This document shows, one piece after another, positions 1-12,365 of a stretch of DNA of 64,000 nucleotides. Made by a program: the position numbers and the translations under genes. The DNA comes from Tubiluchus corallicola (Eukaryota > Animalia > Priapulida), in NCBI GenBank assembly GCA_030141605.1, contig JAQGDQ010000447.1, positions 62,001 through 126,000 of the forward strand. The letters are read 5' to 3'. The notes under the pieces were generated by a model, which ran no database searches, was not told the origin of the DNA, and was given only the letters and a program-made list of their open reading frames with translations. Numbering within the stretch: the first letter of the stretch is position 1; the number at the start of each line of letters is the position of its first letter.

Positions 1-59
1 TCGAAACACTGAAGTTCGGTTCGATTCGAATTCGCTTTCTGGTAAAGAATGCTCACCCC
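1..59. mobile_element. Right end of hAT-like MITE family A (TTCGAA-rich)
   Basis: Ends in GAATGCTCACCCC; matches right ends of the copies at 17643-18040 and 61625-61870. Confidence 0.8.
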
Positions 60-762
60 AAACAGACAGTAGCGATTAAACACTGCATAGTGAAATCCAA
101 GCCCTGGAGTACTAGTCTAGTTGCTATATAGCAACAGGTTGCAGACAAAATTCCTTGGCATAAAGTTTGAACTCAGTGTCTGGAGACATATAAATCACAA
201 ACAGATCTCGCTTGACACAAATGGTTAGCAGTTAGTAGTCAGCCGGGAAGCAAAAACATTTAATAATTGTACTGTTTTACATTAGTACTACGTTTTAGGA
301 CAGAATGATGCAATATGCATCGTTTTAAAGCTTCAAATTATATAAAAAAAGTTGTTGATAAATGGCTTTGAGCGAAGTAAAAAAATCGTTGTTAAAATGA
401 AACTTACGTCATTAAGTTAGAAAAAGGTGTCAAATGTTCAGTGTCGTTAAAACGAAGCATCGCTAAATGGGAGGCGTTAAGTGAGAACTTACTGTACTAA
501 CGTGCCATGAGTTTGTCGTTAGCGTAACTTATCGGGAAAGTCGCATACAAAAGATTCGTTTTTTTTAAAAAACTGGGTGATAAGAAACCGACGGATAACA
601 GCTGTTTATATATTAAAATGCAGTGCAAAAGCGAAACTAATAGGAAGCAATCTAAACCGTGCAAAAAAAATAACAAAATTTAAAACATTTATCCAACTAA
701 ACATTTCTCCATGGCATAATATCGGCATAAAAAACGTGACAACAAAAACATCTGCAACTCAC

Positions 763-3700
763 CCCATACAAAACTCCACCAATGGGAGGTCCTACCATTA
801 ATCCCAGACCGGTGAATGTTTCTAAAAGGCCCTAAAAGACAAAACGTAATTTGTTTTAAATAAGAAGCAGACTGAAAATTCTATTTCAAATATGCAGTTC
901 CCAAAACTAAAAAATACAATTTAGATTCAGGTAGGTTTATTTACCTTTTGTAATACACAAAAAATCAAGTACATAGCAAAATATGTTTAGTAGTTAGAGA
1001 AAGTGTAACCTAGCCACTGGGGGGGGGGGGGGGAGGGTGAGGCAAGCCAGCTCAACTCAGTGACGGTCCCAAGCCCAGATAAATAGGGAGGGTCAGGGTC
1101 AGGAAGGTCATCCGCCTGTAAAAACTGCGCCATAACCTTCTATGAATGAGTCATGAGACTTGAAGGTAAAGTCCGCAAAGAAGTGGTCAGACCCACTCTA
1201 ATCTATGGGCTAGAAACAGCTTCTCTAAAGAGGAATGAAGAGGGGTGTGGTGGAGATGAGGATGTTGAGACGGATGGTGGGAATAACAAGAAGAGATAAA
1301 ATTAGAAATAATAATATCAGAGGAACAGTAAAAGTAGTGGAAGCCTCGCAAGATTGCGATGGCATGGACACCTGAAAAGAAGAGTCGGTGAAGATCACGT
1401 GGGAGGGGAAGACATAAATGAAGAGATGGTCAACAACAGGAATGCGTGGAGAAGACTTATTCACAACGGCTACCCCGCATAGGGTAAAGCTGGGAAGAAG
1501 AAGAAGAAGAAGTTAGAGAAAGTGTGGCGAAAAAACCTTAGAGGTTAGCAAATCAGCCACCTTTTTAGTTAAAATTAGTACAAGAATATCTAGCGACGAT
1601 TTAAGCTGGTATGAAACACGAAAATCATGTCAATCTGAAAAAATATAATAAGGAAATGATTAAGAAAAAAATAAATCAAACTAGTTTTAAGTGGTAAAGT
1701 AACACGCCAAAATAAAAACAAGAACAAAACAAACATAAGCAAAAGAGATTGAGAGACAAAAAACTATCAGAAGTGGATAATTTAGTGTTGATAGGAATTC
1801 TCACTCCTTTAAAGCAAATAACGAAGGTGCGAAAGGCAGTAGAAACCAACGGTTCAGTTCACATTCAGCTTTTTTACTTACGAAAACGGTCGCCACTCTT
1901 CCCGGAAACTCGTTGGCAATGATGGCAAAAGAAGCCGTTACAAATGCCGTAGCTGCAATGGACTCACATATCCGTACCGCAAAACACAGCCCAACAAATA
2001 CACTGCCATCTGGTGCCAAATTTAGGAACCTGTAACAATCATAACGATAGACAACAGACTTTTTACTTTTCAAAAGTATCTACTTAGTAGTTTAATAGTA
2101 CAAAAATACAAATCTACCAACCCGAACAGTATCGTCGTTGATCCGCACACAAATAAACCAGATATGTACAAAAATCTCGAACCTACTTGCGTTATCTGCA
2201 AAACAAATCAAAACACAGTCAAAGAGTTTTGAAAGGCCGATTCTTTCAGGATCCTACTTTACACATTACAGTACAAAATTTGATAAGTTGTACCATTTAC
2301 TGTCACAAGAAAACCCTTAAAGCTTGTTGTGCTATTTTATGATACTTCCACACATACTTATTAAAACATGTAACACATTTTCCAAAAATAAGACACCTTC
2401 AAACTCAGAAAATATAGGCTCGCCATTGCTGCCTTGAAAACTGAAGTTATATAAATGCAAAATAAAATCACCATCATCAAACTACTTACATATCTTCCAT
2501 AAATAGGTGAACAAAGGAACATAACAAGCTCAAAAACGCTGAAAATGAGACCAATTTGGGCCGTGGTTGCCCCTTTCTTTTCGGCCTAAAAAGAAACACA
2601 AACGTAACAGTATTACCATTGATAGAGTTACTTAAATAACAGTAAATATTTTACTGTATCAAATACGAATGTATGAATTATAATGTAGCAAAAACAACTC
2701 TAAAATGGCAAGGTAACTTTGCACCTCAGCAGGAAAGAATGGTGCTATGAGTGAAAAGCAGACGGTGTGACAGAAGTTGGCCAGAGCCATCTGTACGAGA
2801 ACTCGAATCTGGCGTCCAGTGTACTTGTAGCTACCCGTACTTGACACCTCACTAGGGTTATCTGAAAACACGAAAAAAAAATGATTAGTATATGTATAGC
2901 TATGAAACATGACAAGACTTTAGCTCCCGATTTTAATATTTTTGCAAATAATTGCATGACAGAAATCTTGAAAACAATGCAATGTGTAAATCAGGGGTGT
3001 GCAAATTATCTGACTAGCTAGGCCACATTAAACTTTCCTGTGGGCCACAGGCAGTTTGATCAAGGAGCCAAGTACAGAAAGGCCTAATAACGATTTTTTG
3101 CATCCGACCTGCATACATCATTACTACAACACTCAAGAAACTATTTTAGAAGTTATTAAAATTTATATTACAAACCATATATTTCTACTTTCAGGACAAA
3201 TGCTGGTAATTTCATTACAATGCATATTAGTAATGTGTATCACACAGTCTGTGTAGTACAGTGACATTAAGCTACAACTGTGTTGTAAGGGTTAATAGCA
3301 TCCGATCTAGTAGAAAAAACTACCGCACTATCTTTTGGACCGTGGCACGGACTTCAGCTGGATACACTCAATTAATCCCCCGGGCCGCACTTTTATTAGG
3401 TTGACAAATCTCTTCGCGAGCCGCACAAATTCTCTCGGAGGGCCGCAAGTGGCCCGCGGGACGCAATTTGCACACCCCTGGTGTACATTGTGTGCAAATA
3501 TTCTACGAATTTAACATTTTAAAGGTGTACTTATATGATTTTTATAATCGAGGGCCAATGTTATTTACAAAAACATGATATAATTTGCAAAAACTGAATT
3601 ATTCATTTTCTGCCTCAGTTCCTCTGTGCTGATGGAGAATAGTGGGCATATACTTGATACCCTGCAAGGCATAAATGCTTTAATTTAAGATATCAAAGCC

Positions 3701-5736
3701 AACTTAAAATGCACGTGGGTGCTGACAGCACCAGTGGAGGAACTATCATGACTGCACACATCTATTTCACTTTCATCTTAAAAATGCTGTCGGTCTTATA
3801 TTTTAAATTAATGTACATTTAACATAAAATTGGCAGTTTACCATTTGACAGCTTTCATATGCTGTTGCAAATTTCAGGAACACAGAAACTTAAGAAATAC
3901 AATTACCGAAATTCAAAAACGTTCAAACTTCCTGAAATTAGTGGTGCAAGAGCGGAAGACCTTCTATCGATTTTGTAAAGTGCGCGAATCACATTAAAAA
4001 TGATTACATTCGTTTTTGACAGTCATAAGTCATTTATTTCACCTTACACATTTACAATAGTTTCATGTACAATATCTAGTGAAAGGGCCTACAATGAACG
4101 TAATACAAATAAGAAATACTGCACAGGAAAAGCCTCAAACACTGTTCACTTATACACGAAGGTAAATGTGTTGCGGGCAATCAAAAAGCAGGGCTTGTTA
4201 GATTGTCACACACAGTGGTAGAAAAAAAAGTAATGGAGATAATCTGAAAATTTAAAGTGAATCGTGATAAAAGAAACATTAGTGCTTAAAATGGAATGAT
4301 GTAATGAACGAAGCTCATATATGGGATATATGGGAAGTACTCACCCACCTATGTGTTGAGTGACTCACTTTAGTTTAGTTTATTAATTTATAAGTGCCGC
4401 TTCATTCGGAGGTATCACTTTTGCATCCTAGCAGATCAGTGCATGCTCAAGTACTTAGTAATTATCACGGAATTGAAACCTACTAAGTAAATTTTTTACA
4501 GCTTACAACTCTCTACTTTACATTTTGTACTAATGAGATCAGTGCATGCTCAAGTATTTAGTAATTATCACGGAATTGAAACCTACTAAGTAAATTTTTT
4601 ACAGCTTACAACTCTCTACTTTACATTTTGTACTAATGAGATCAGTGCATGCAGAAGGACTTAGTAATTACCATGGAATTCAACCTACTAAGTGAATGTT
4701 TTTACAGCTTACAACTCTGTACTTTACATTTTGTACTAATGAGATCAGTGCATACTGAAGTACTTAGTAATTACCACGGAATTGAAACCTAGTAAGTGAA
4801 TGTTTTTACAGCTTACAACTCTGTACTTTACATTTTGTACTAATGAGATCAGTGCATACTGAAGTACTTAGTAATTAGCCACTGAATTGAAACCTAGTAA
4901 GTGAATGTTTTTACAGCTTACAACTCTGTACTTTACATTTTGTACTAATGAGATCAGTGCACGCAGAAGGACTTAGTAATTACCATGGAATTCAACCTAC
5001 TAAGTAAATGTTTTTACAGCTTACAACTCTGTAATTTACATTTTGTACTAATGAGAGACACTTCTGCATAGGATTGTCCACTTTTGTCCAGGGGTGCCTT
5101 TTCATAGTTTCTGTTGTTATGTACGCCTAGGCAGCCGGCACGTTCTAGCAACTAATCATTTCCAAGAAAGACTGTTTTGAAGTAATCACAAAAGTTTTAT
5201 TTTAAATTCAATATTACAGAAAGAGTAAAAGACGTGGCGATTTCCTCGCTTCCAATGAGTAGACTAAAAAGACGTGCTCAATTCTGATTGGCTGACGTAC
5301 TAAAATGCATATAACGAAGCCAAGTTTTACAGGCAATTCTAAATAAGCACAACCTTATATTAAAGGGCAAGCAGAGTGAAATCTTCCAAACAAAGACTTA
5401 ATTTCTAATTAAAAATGAACACGAACGTAATAATTACAAGACAGATACCGGTAAATGTAATTATATTATAAACTTTTGCAAATGCAAGTGCACAAAGTAT
5501 TATAGTACAATCGCCTGTTCACGCGTCGCCTGATCACGCGATAAGTTTTCATTCTGCACAGTTATAACAGGCACACAAGTCAGACGACTCAGCCTGCACT
5601 AAATAGTAGTAATTACGTTACCTGATGATTCTTTGGGTCCATTCTGTGACGAATATCTCTTGATTTTCTCACCACTGTGAGTGATGAGTGGAGTATGTTC
5701 TGTAGATTTGCTTAAACTGAGCTCGCTTTCCATCAT
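763..5736 (-). CDS. SLC18B1: MFS-type vesicular amine/polyamine transporter SLC18B1-like, 5' part (6 coding exons; 3' exons outside window)
   Basis: Phase-consistent GT-AG exons: 5736-5622 (MMESELSLSKSTEHTPLITHS...), 2861-2725 (..RQIRVLVQMALANFCHTVCFSLIAPFFPAE), 2585-2490 (AEKKGATTAQIGLIFSVFELVMFLCSPIYGRY), 2195-2122 (ITQVGSRFLYISGLFVCGSTTILFG), 2029-1882 (FLNLAPDGSVFVGLCFAVRICESIAATAFVTASFAIIANEFPGRVATVF), 831-763 (GLLETFTGLGLMVGPPIGGVLYG). The motifs PFFPxEAEKKG, FPxxVATV and LETFxGLGLxxGPPxGG match SLC18B1. Confidence 0.92.
1006..1092 (+). ncRNA. Twister self-cleaving ribozyme (P1-type core, P1 stem absent, one P4 mismatch)
   Basis: TAA-CCTA-GC-[CACTG..CAGTG]-ACGG-TCCCAAGC-CCAG-ATAAA-TAGG-GAGGG. 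P2 CCTA/TAGG and P3 CACTG/CAGTG are perfect; loop TCCCAAGC, ATAAA linker and GAGGG match the canonical twister core. Confidence 0.85.
1007..1510 (+). mobile_element. Non-autonomous, internally deleted RTE-clade retroelement with twister-ribozyme head and (GAA)n tail
   Basis: 15-bp TSD AGTTAGAGAAAGTGT at 992-1006 and 1511-1525. Remnants of the RTE ORF C-terminus (EMRMLRRMVGITRRDKIRNNNIRGTVKV, RLRWHGHLKRR, WRRLIHNGYP). GAA microsatellite tail. RTE-type 5' UTR motif GTCAGGAAGGtCATCCGcctGTAAAA. Confidence 0.88.
2992..3480. mobile_element. hAT (Charlie-like) MITE family B
   Basis: TIR CAGGGGTGTGCAAATT...AATTTGCACACCCCTG; 8-bp TSD GTGTAAAT/GTGTACAT; homologous copies at 29715, 30371 and 54789. Confidence 0.9.
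4434..5056. repeat. Tandem repeat, ~103-105 bp x 6
   Basis: GATCAGTGCA recurs at 4434, 4537, 4640, 4743, 4847 and 4952. Confidence 0.95.
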
Positions 5737-6620
5737 CGTCACTGCCTTGATTTGTTATTAATTCAGCTCTGTTCTTTAATCACACACAGTCCAGGATAGG
5801 ACTGGGCTTACCTGTAAATAATAACATACACTTTTAAAAAGTTATCATTACTTTAAAGACAGCGTAGCAAACACAAATCAATCTTGAAGAGACACATTTT
5901 AAGCATGTTACATAAATTGTAATCAGACATTTCCTATCAATACAAATGCAGTTGTACTGATTACATTTGCTCCTATAGCACTATGCATTCATGATGTTGG
6001 AGCTATACACCGAAATAATGTTGTTACAGCCAAGGCCTACTTTCTTATCTAACCATATACAACCTGACAACATTTGCTGCCATAAAGGTTAGATGAACGT
6101 GACAAAATCTGCTTCAAATAATTCATTACTTACCCAAGTTCAGTATGCAGTAGTTGGAAACTCCAGGAATCTGCATAGAGTTACAAACACAAAAAATTCT
6201 CACAACACGGTTTTCATCTTTAGACGGTGTTTCTCTATACCTATCCAAATTGCTAGGTAAAGTGTAATCATAAAGGCTACTTAAACCTGCCTGCAAGCTT
6301 GTGAGAGTATGAGAACAAGGGTCTATCACAAGCAAATAGAACATGTATAAACTAAAGCAGTGATAAGCTAGTTGGCAGTAGGACTTTAAGCTGTTATTAT
6401 ACTTGCACCAGTGAAGGTATTTCACACATGTCATGCAACTGTACAAGTGGTAGACTATATATATACATATGTTAATTCAATAATTAAAATATGTACTAAT
6501 AATTTACTTCAATGTGAATCTACTGGTCATTTTATAGGAATAACACATTTCAGTTAGCTCTAGCTGACCCGCAATCCCTTACATTTTAGGTGTCACTAGC
6601 TGACAAATGAATTTACATTA

Positions 6621-7195
6621 CAGTCGTGGCCAAAGGTTTAATTAAGCCCACTTCGTACACACGACGGCTCATTAGGAAGGTAATTGAAAGTTGCAAATAA
6701 ATGTTTGTGCTGCGCATGCGCAGGACTTACAAGATGATGACGTCGTCAGTACGGTTGCGGGAATTGTCTTAGATGCGCTCTCGGCAGTAGCTTCCTCCCC
6801 AGTCGTCTGATTATGTTGGATGGTAATTCTAATGAAAGGTAAAAGGATGAGTGATCAAATGTGCATGCGCATATGTCTCTGACTTGATGATGTCATCCTC
6901 GCTGTGACGTCATCAGTGCTTGTTACCATCCAACATAATCAGACGACTGGGGAGGAAGCTACTGCCGAGATCGCGTCTAAGACAATTCCCGCAACCGTAC
7001 TGATGACGTCATCATCTCGTAAGTCCTGCGCATGCGCAACCCAAACATTTATTTGCAATTTTCAATTACCTTCCTAATGAGCCATCGTGTGTACGAATCG
7101 GTCCACCATGAGGGAAAATATATGGTATTGAATACCAAAAAAGCTCAAAATTCACGTCGTAATCACAGGTGGGCTTAAACTTTTGGCTACGACTG
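6621..7195. mobile_element. Tc1/mariner-type MITE with a long internal inverted repeat
   Basis: TA-CAGTCGTGGCCAAAgGTTT...AAACTTTTGGCTACGACTG-TA; inner arms ~6652-6826 and ~6923-7097 are near-perfect reverse complements. Confidence 0.9.
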
Positions 7196-8164
7196 TAAAA
7201 GCAGTTCATGAGTGAAGACAGGTGATCATCATCAACATCATCATTATCATCATCATCACACTGTCATTGTCAATGTCTTCATCATTATCACCATCATCAT
7301 CATCAAAGCCCATTATATCTATTGAGAACATACATTGTGCACACAGGATTCTAATAAGAAGAATTCTGCACTTAAGACAGCTGAAACATGTTTAATCCAG
7401 CAAATACTAGCTTTACTTACTACTGCTATGCCAGTGGCTTGTCAGCATCACTTTAATAAGAGGAGAAAATACATGTTTCATGCCGTTTGCTTAAAAATAT
7501 TATGCTAAATCAAACTTCTGTACAAGTCAATGTAAACATATAAACTATTTGCAAAACCTAGTTTGTATATCTATATGTTTGATAAGTATATATCGTTCGC
7601 TCACTGGACAACAAAAAATTAGGTTCAACGTAGCATTTCATTTGTCACACCCATTTAGAGACCAGGTTGAGATGAAAATCCCCCTGGCAGCCTCTGCATC
7701 ACTGAACCATCATCTGACATTGAATTACAGGAACTTTGTAAAGTATTAGGTCAAAGGAATGTCACACATTTTGGTAAAACAAAGAAACTTACAACTCAAA
7801 CAGTCAAACTACCATAAATTTAGAAAGAAAGTCATTGGAGTGTCAAATTGTATTCCAGCTGATGCTGATGATTTACCCTGGCCAAAAATTGACTAGAAGC
7901 CAGGAATTAAAATTTTAGAAAAAAATAGCAAATCTTTGCAAGGTTATTCTAACGATATTTTGAAATGAAACGAATTTCAATAATTAGTATCTTACAAGGA
8001 TAATCTTGTTTTTATAACATGACAACTTCATTTGACGGTGCAAAATCACATTCCTTTCATCAACAAGTCCGAAATGAAAAACCATCACCTACGTAATCAT
8101 CAGCTTAGAATGCATCGTCATACTCTTTTATTTTATTTTTCATTCAGTTTGGGATGATGTCGGG

Positions 8165-8515
8165 ACTTCTAGTAAAAAAGTCACAGAAAAAAAACACAGG
8201 TAAAAAAGTCACGCAGAACAGGAAATAACTCTAGCCGTACCTCTAACCCTAAGATATTGAACAAAACGTGATTTTTTTCATGTACCTAATAATAATGCCA
8301 TCATACATAAAAAGTATTGTCAATATGTACAACTCATGTATTGCCAGTTAATAACTGATGTAAAATATTTTCTGTTTTATTACTTTAATTGTTTATGGTG
8401 CTTAAATAAACTGCAACTGACTCGAACAGTTTCGTACAATTACTTGACTTACTTTTCTAGCCAAAATTGTGAGCTTTTTTCTCTGACTTTTTACCTATGA
8501 CTTTATTAGCGGTTA
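8165..8515. mobile_element. Unclassified non-autonomous DNA element with GGTAAAAAAGTCACA subterminal repeats
   Basis: Inverted AAAAAGTCAC/TGACTTTTT motifs at the two ends; homologous to 39293-39830. Confidence 0.6.
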
Positions 8516-11059
8516 TCAGTGTCCGATAACAGAAAAGTAATTAGTATTTCACAAAACACAATTTGATGGGAAAGTTCCTAGGGAACCAATGATGGTTGTC
8601 GATTAATCTTGAAGGCACAGAAAATTGTTTACAGCTTAACTAGTTTGAATACTTAGATCTATACAACCAGATTTGCAAAAGTCATCAAAGACTGTAGATT
8701 TGGCAAGCTTGTTAAATCCCACTTGCTGAACCACGAAGTTGATACAAATTTCCTTCTGAATATTATTACCTTACTACTTTCCCATCCATTTTCCTAGTCC
8801 CAAAACAAGTTTAACGTAACAACTGAATTTTAACCTAACCAGGTAAACATTAACATTTATTTCAATCACAATGGGCCTAAATACGCTCAATGTCTTTTCA
8901 TGATAAAAGTGCTGCATTGGCCGAGAACTATTCCCTAACCACCAGGCCGTTTTTATGTACAAACGGTTTCATAATTTCGAATGCACCCTGACAGCTTAAT
9001 ACTTAGTCACCTAGCGACAAGAAATCGGATAATCAGTATATATATATATATATATCTTTTGCTGAAGTGGCATGTTCCTCACCACCATCCATTTGCGTGG
9101 AAATCACATTTCATCACAAGTATGATTTGACACTTCGGGACTTCTATACAAATTGCAATATGCAAAAACTATTCACACTCACAGTGTTACTTCACTTGTC
9201 TTTACAGATTTTTGCATACCAATAAAATAATAATGTTCAAGGCTCAGAGGTCAGGCTAGTACAATTCCAACTTTTCAGAACTTATTTACAACAGCTATTA
9301 ATTAACAGGCAATTTCAAGAGCAGCATGAAATTACCAGGTTGCTAATTGTAATAAATTGTAGTCCAGACTCATACGTGTACATCTGGCACGAAAATCAAG
9401 CCTGGAGTACCTGCCACTGTATTATTTGTCTACGAATATCAAAGCTGCTTACCTGCATAAACGAAGTCTGCTTGATGGTAGCATAACTATTGTGTAAGCA
9501 TTTGCAGCATGCATTTTAAACAAAATTTCTTCGGTTTCACAAAGTTGTGCAACACGTTGCGAACCTGACTGTGGCTGTCAGCTGCTACCAGGAATAACCA
9601 AAAGATAACATTCCGCGGCAAAATTTCTCTGCTACGACGTGTCTTAACAATTTCCCAGAATCAAGGGGAAAGCAAAAAAATAATTATTGCTCTTTAGCTT
9701 GCCCTTCAAGATTAATTAGGTACACAAAAATTGCCTTTGCATTTTAAAAGCAACTTTTGTCTACCTAATCAAGCTTGAAGGGCCTAGAAATCGGTGCGCT
9801 GCTAAAATGAACTTTCAAAAATAATGAATAGTGTGTACAGTGTGGTGGCTGAGTAGCAATTTGAGTTTGATTAGCAGACGATAAACGGTTATTTACATTT
9901 AATGACACTTACCTTTAATAATCAATCATGCTGTTTGTTTAAATGTTTAATGCCAATGCTGAAGTTAGTGTGAAATTCGTGACGGCGATTTTTTAGATGA
10001 AAACTGAGTTGGTTTTCACTTTTTACTCTTACTTTTTGGCACTACATTATTCAGGCTGATACTATATTTAACATGCAATTTCATTATGACTAGGCGTTAT
10101 AAAAGTCTAAAACGTAAAAGACTTTCTCATGTTGTTGCTTTTCTTATTTCTACCCTCGGTGCAGAGCAGTAGTTTATAATTATTATAAAACCAGTTTCTT
10201 CCTCTGGCCCATTATAAAATTGCTCGTCTGTGTAGTTATTTACCAGAAAATTCTTTCCTTGTCCATAGCAACTTCTGCTCCAATGACACATTGTTTCTGT
10301 CATAAACTAATTAATTAGATAGTATAGGCACAAAAATTCTATTTTTGGGAACTGTATTCATATTTCTACCTTTATATTGCAGTCCTTTAAATTACTCCAA
10401 AAACTGGCCTTGTCTGAGATGATGTGTGCAAAAATTTGTTGCTAGCGGTGTTGTGTAATTTCTCTGCAATTGACCATTGATTATAATTTTTAATGTAGTA
10501 CTTATAACTGAAATGCTACTAATTTCCAGGCAACTTAAAAAGTTTTTACGCAAGAGGTAATTTAACTTTGCTTGGAATTTGTAAAATTGTCTAAGACACT
10601 GATATATATATCATTTTTTTATGTTTTTTCTAAAAAATAAGCTAAACTTAAGTTGGCAGTTTTCTAATTATTAGTAATTTGAAATGTTTTGTTTGGCAGG
10701 TAGTTGAGCCTAATCAATTTCTTTGTAGGGATTATCTTACATTTAGGCACAATAGGCAGATAAATAAAAAAACATGGAGAAGTTGCATTTTCTGCTCAGA
10801 TTAAGCTTTTTGCTATAAATATGAGTATTGTGCAGTTTGCAGCAGTTAATTATTTTGTTTGTTGGTTAATATTAATAAGGAAGTGAAAATTCACGAGGGA
10901 ATCGACGTTTTTTCCTTCAAAAACAACATTTGTTTCTTAAATTCCAGAAGTATTTCCCTTTGAAATTATGACTTATGTTAGCTACCGTTAGAGCCACTAC
11001 TTAAAATCACTATACCTGTAGTAGAACACTGTAATCCATTAGGCTGTATCAGTCCTCTA

Positions 11060-12365
11060 ACTGATTGTAAATAACTGAAAAACTCATACATGCTTTCGCT
11101 ACATCCAAACTTGATTATTTCAACAGTTTGTTTTTTGTACTTCCTGAATATGAAAATCGTAAACTCCAGCTAATTCAGAACTCTGCTACTCGTCTCGTTA
11201 CAAAAACAAAAAAATATGATGATATTGCACTTACAAAATACTATATGCTTTGGCACCTGCAATAGTATTGCGTATGTCACAGATCTTTTGATACGTCGTA
11301 ATATAGACCAAACACTTTTTGCTCTGACACTAATGAACAAATTCATTTACCTCAGCCAAATATAGTATTCTGTGATGAGAAAGCTTTTTCTGTCTGCTGT
11401 TCTCTACGTTTCTGGAACAGACATAGACACAAACATAGACATTTTTTATTTATCTCCTTATTTACAGCAAAATACAAATAGACTATAATTGTCATAATTA
11501 ATGAGGATAAATTATGCATAAAGAAAAGAGTTAGGGGGGTGCAGGAGAAAGGGTAGCCAAAGACCGATTGGTCATCAAGTCAGCTGCCCTTCTCAGGTTA
11601 GTATAAATTGTAAAAAAAAATTGTAGCACTGCCAATTATACCTTGGGATAAGAAAATCGACTGCTAATGTAAATCTATAAGGGAAGAAATTAAACTTGAA
11701 AGCGAAGTAACTAAACAAGCTGTGAGACAAGGAAACATGATAAAATGAAAAATATGCATTGATGATCAACCAAACATGTAAATCGTATAACTAGCCGATT
11801 ACAGCATAAACAAACCATAAAATTAAGTCCAACTAAAAGACGTTTATAAAGCGTACATAAGAAATCAGCAAAGGAAACAAAATATGCGTGATAAAATGAA
11901 ACTAAATGTAATGAAACAAAAATATGCAATAGTATTCTGTCAAATTATGTCTGTTAAGCATAATGCCATTAGGACTATGGAACAAAAGAACTAATATAGA
12001 GAAGCAGAAGTGGAGTAAATAAAATAGGCAATGAAATACGAGTATGTAAGTAAATAGACAATATGACTCAATGAAAAATATGAAACTTATGATTACTGTG
12101 AAACAATGAGCAAAATAATATATGTAGTGAGAAAAACATAATATAAGGAACTGCTTACTTGTTGCTGTATGCTCTGCAAACTCTTTGATTCTTTTAAACG
12201 ACATCTTAAATCATATTTGTTTAGATGCACTAAATAGAGTGAATTAATATTTAATTTTTTTAATGTATCTTGAATTTCAAATGTATTTTAATGTTCAACG
12301 TGCTGGTATTTTAAACAATATAGTGCGCTATATGAATGAATTTTGCATTACATAACACATTACAC
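11060..12365 (+). mobile_element. Decayed L2-clade LINE 3' fragment, interrupted by a second insertion (~11440-12150)
   Basis: Translates AFATSKLDYFNSL..LPEYENRKLQLIQNSATRLVTKTKKYDDI; resumes ..SFKRHLKSYLF near 12190; L2-type GCGCTATA...(CATTA)n tail. Confidence 0.75.
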
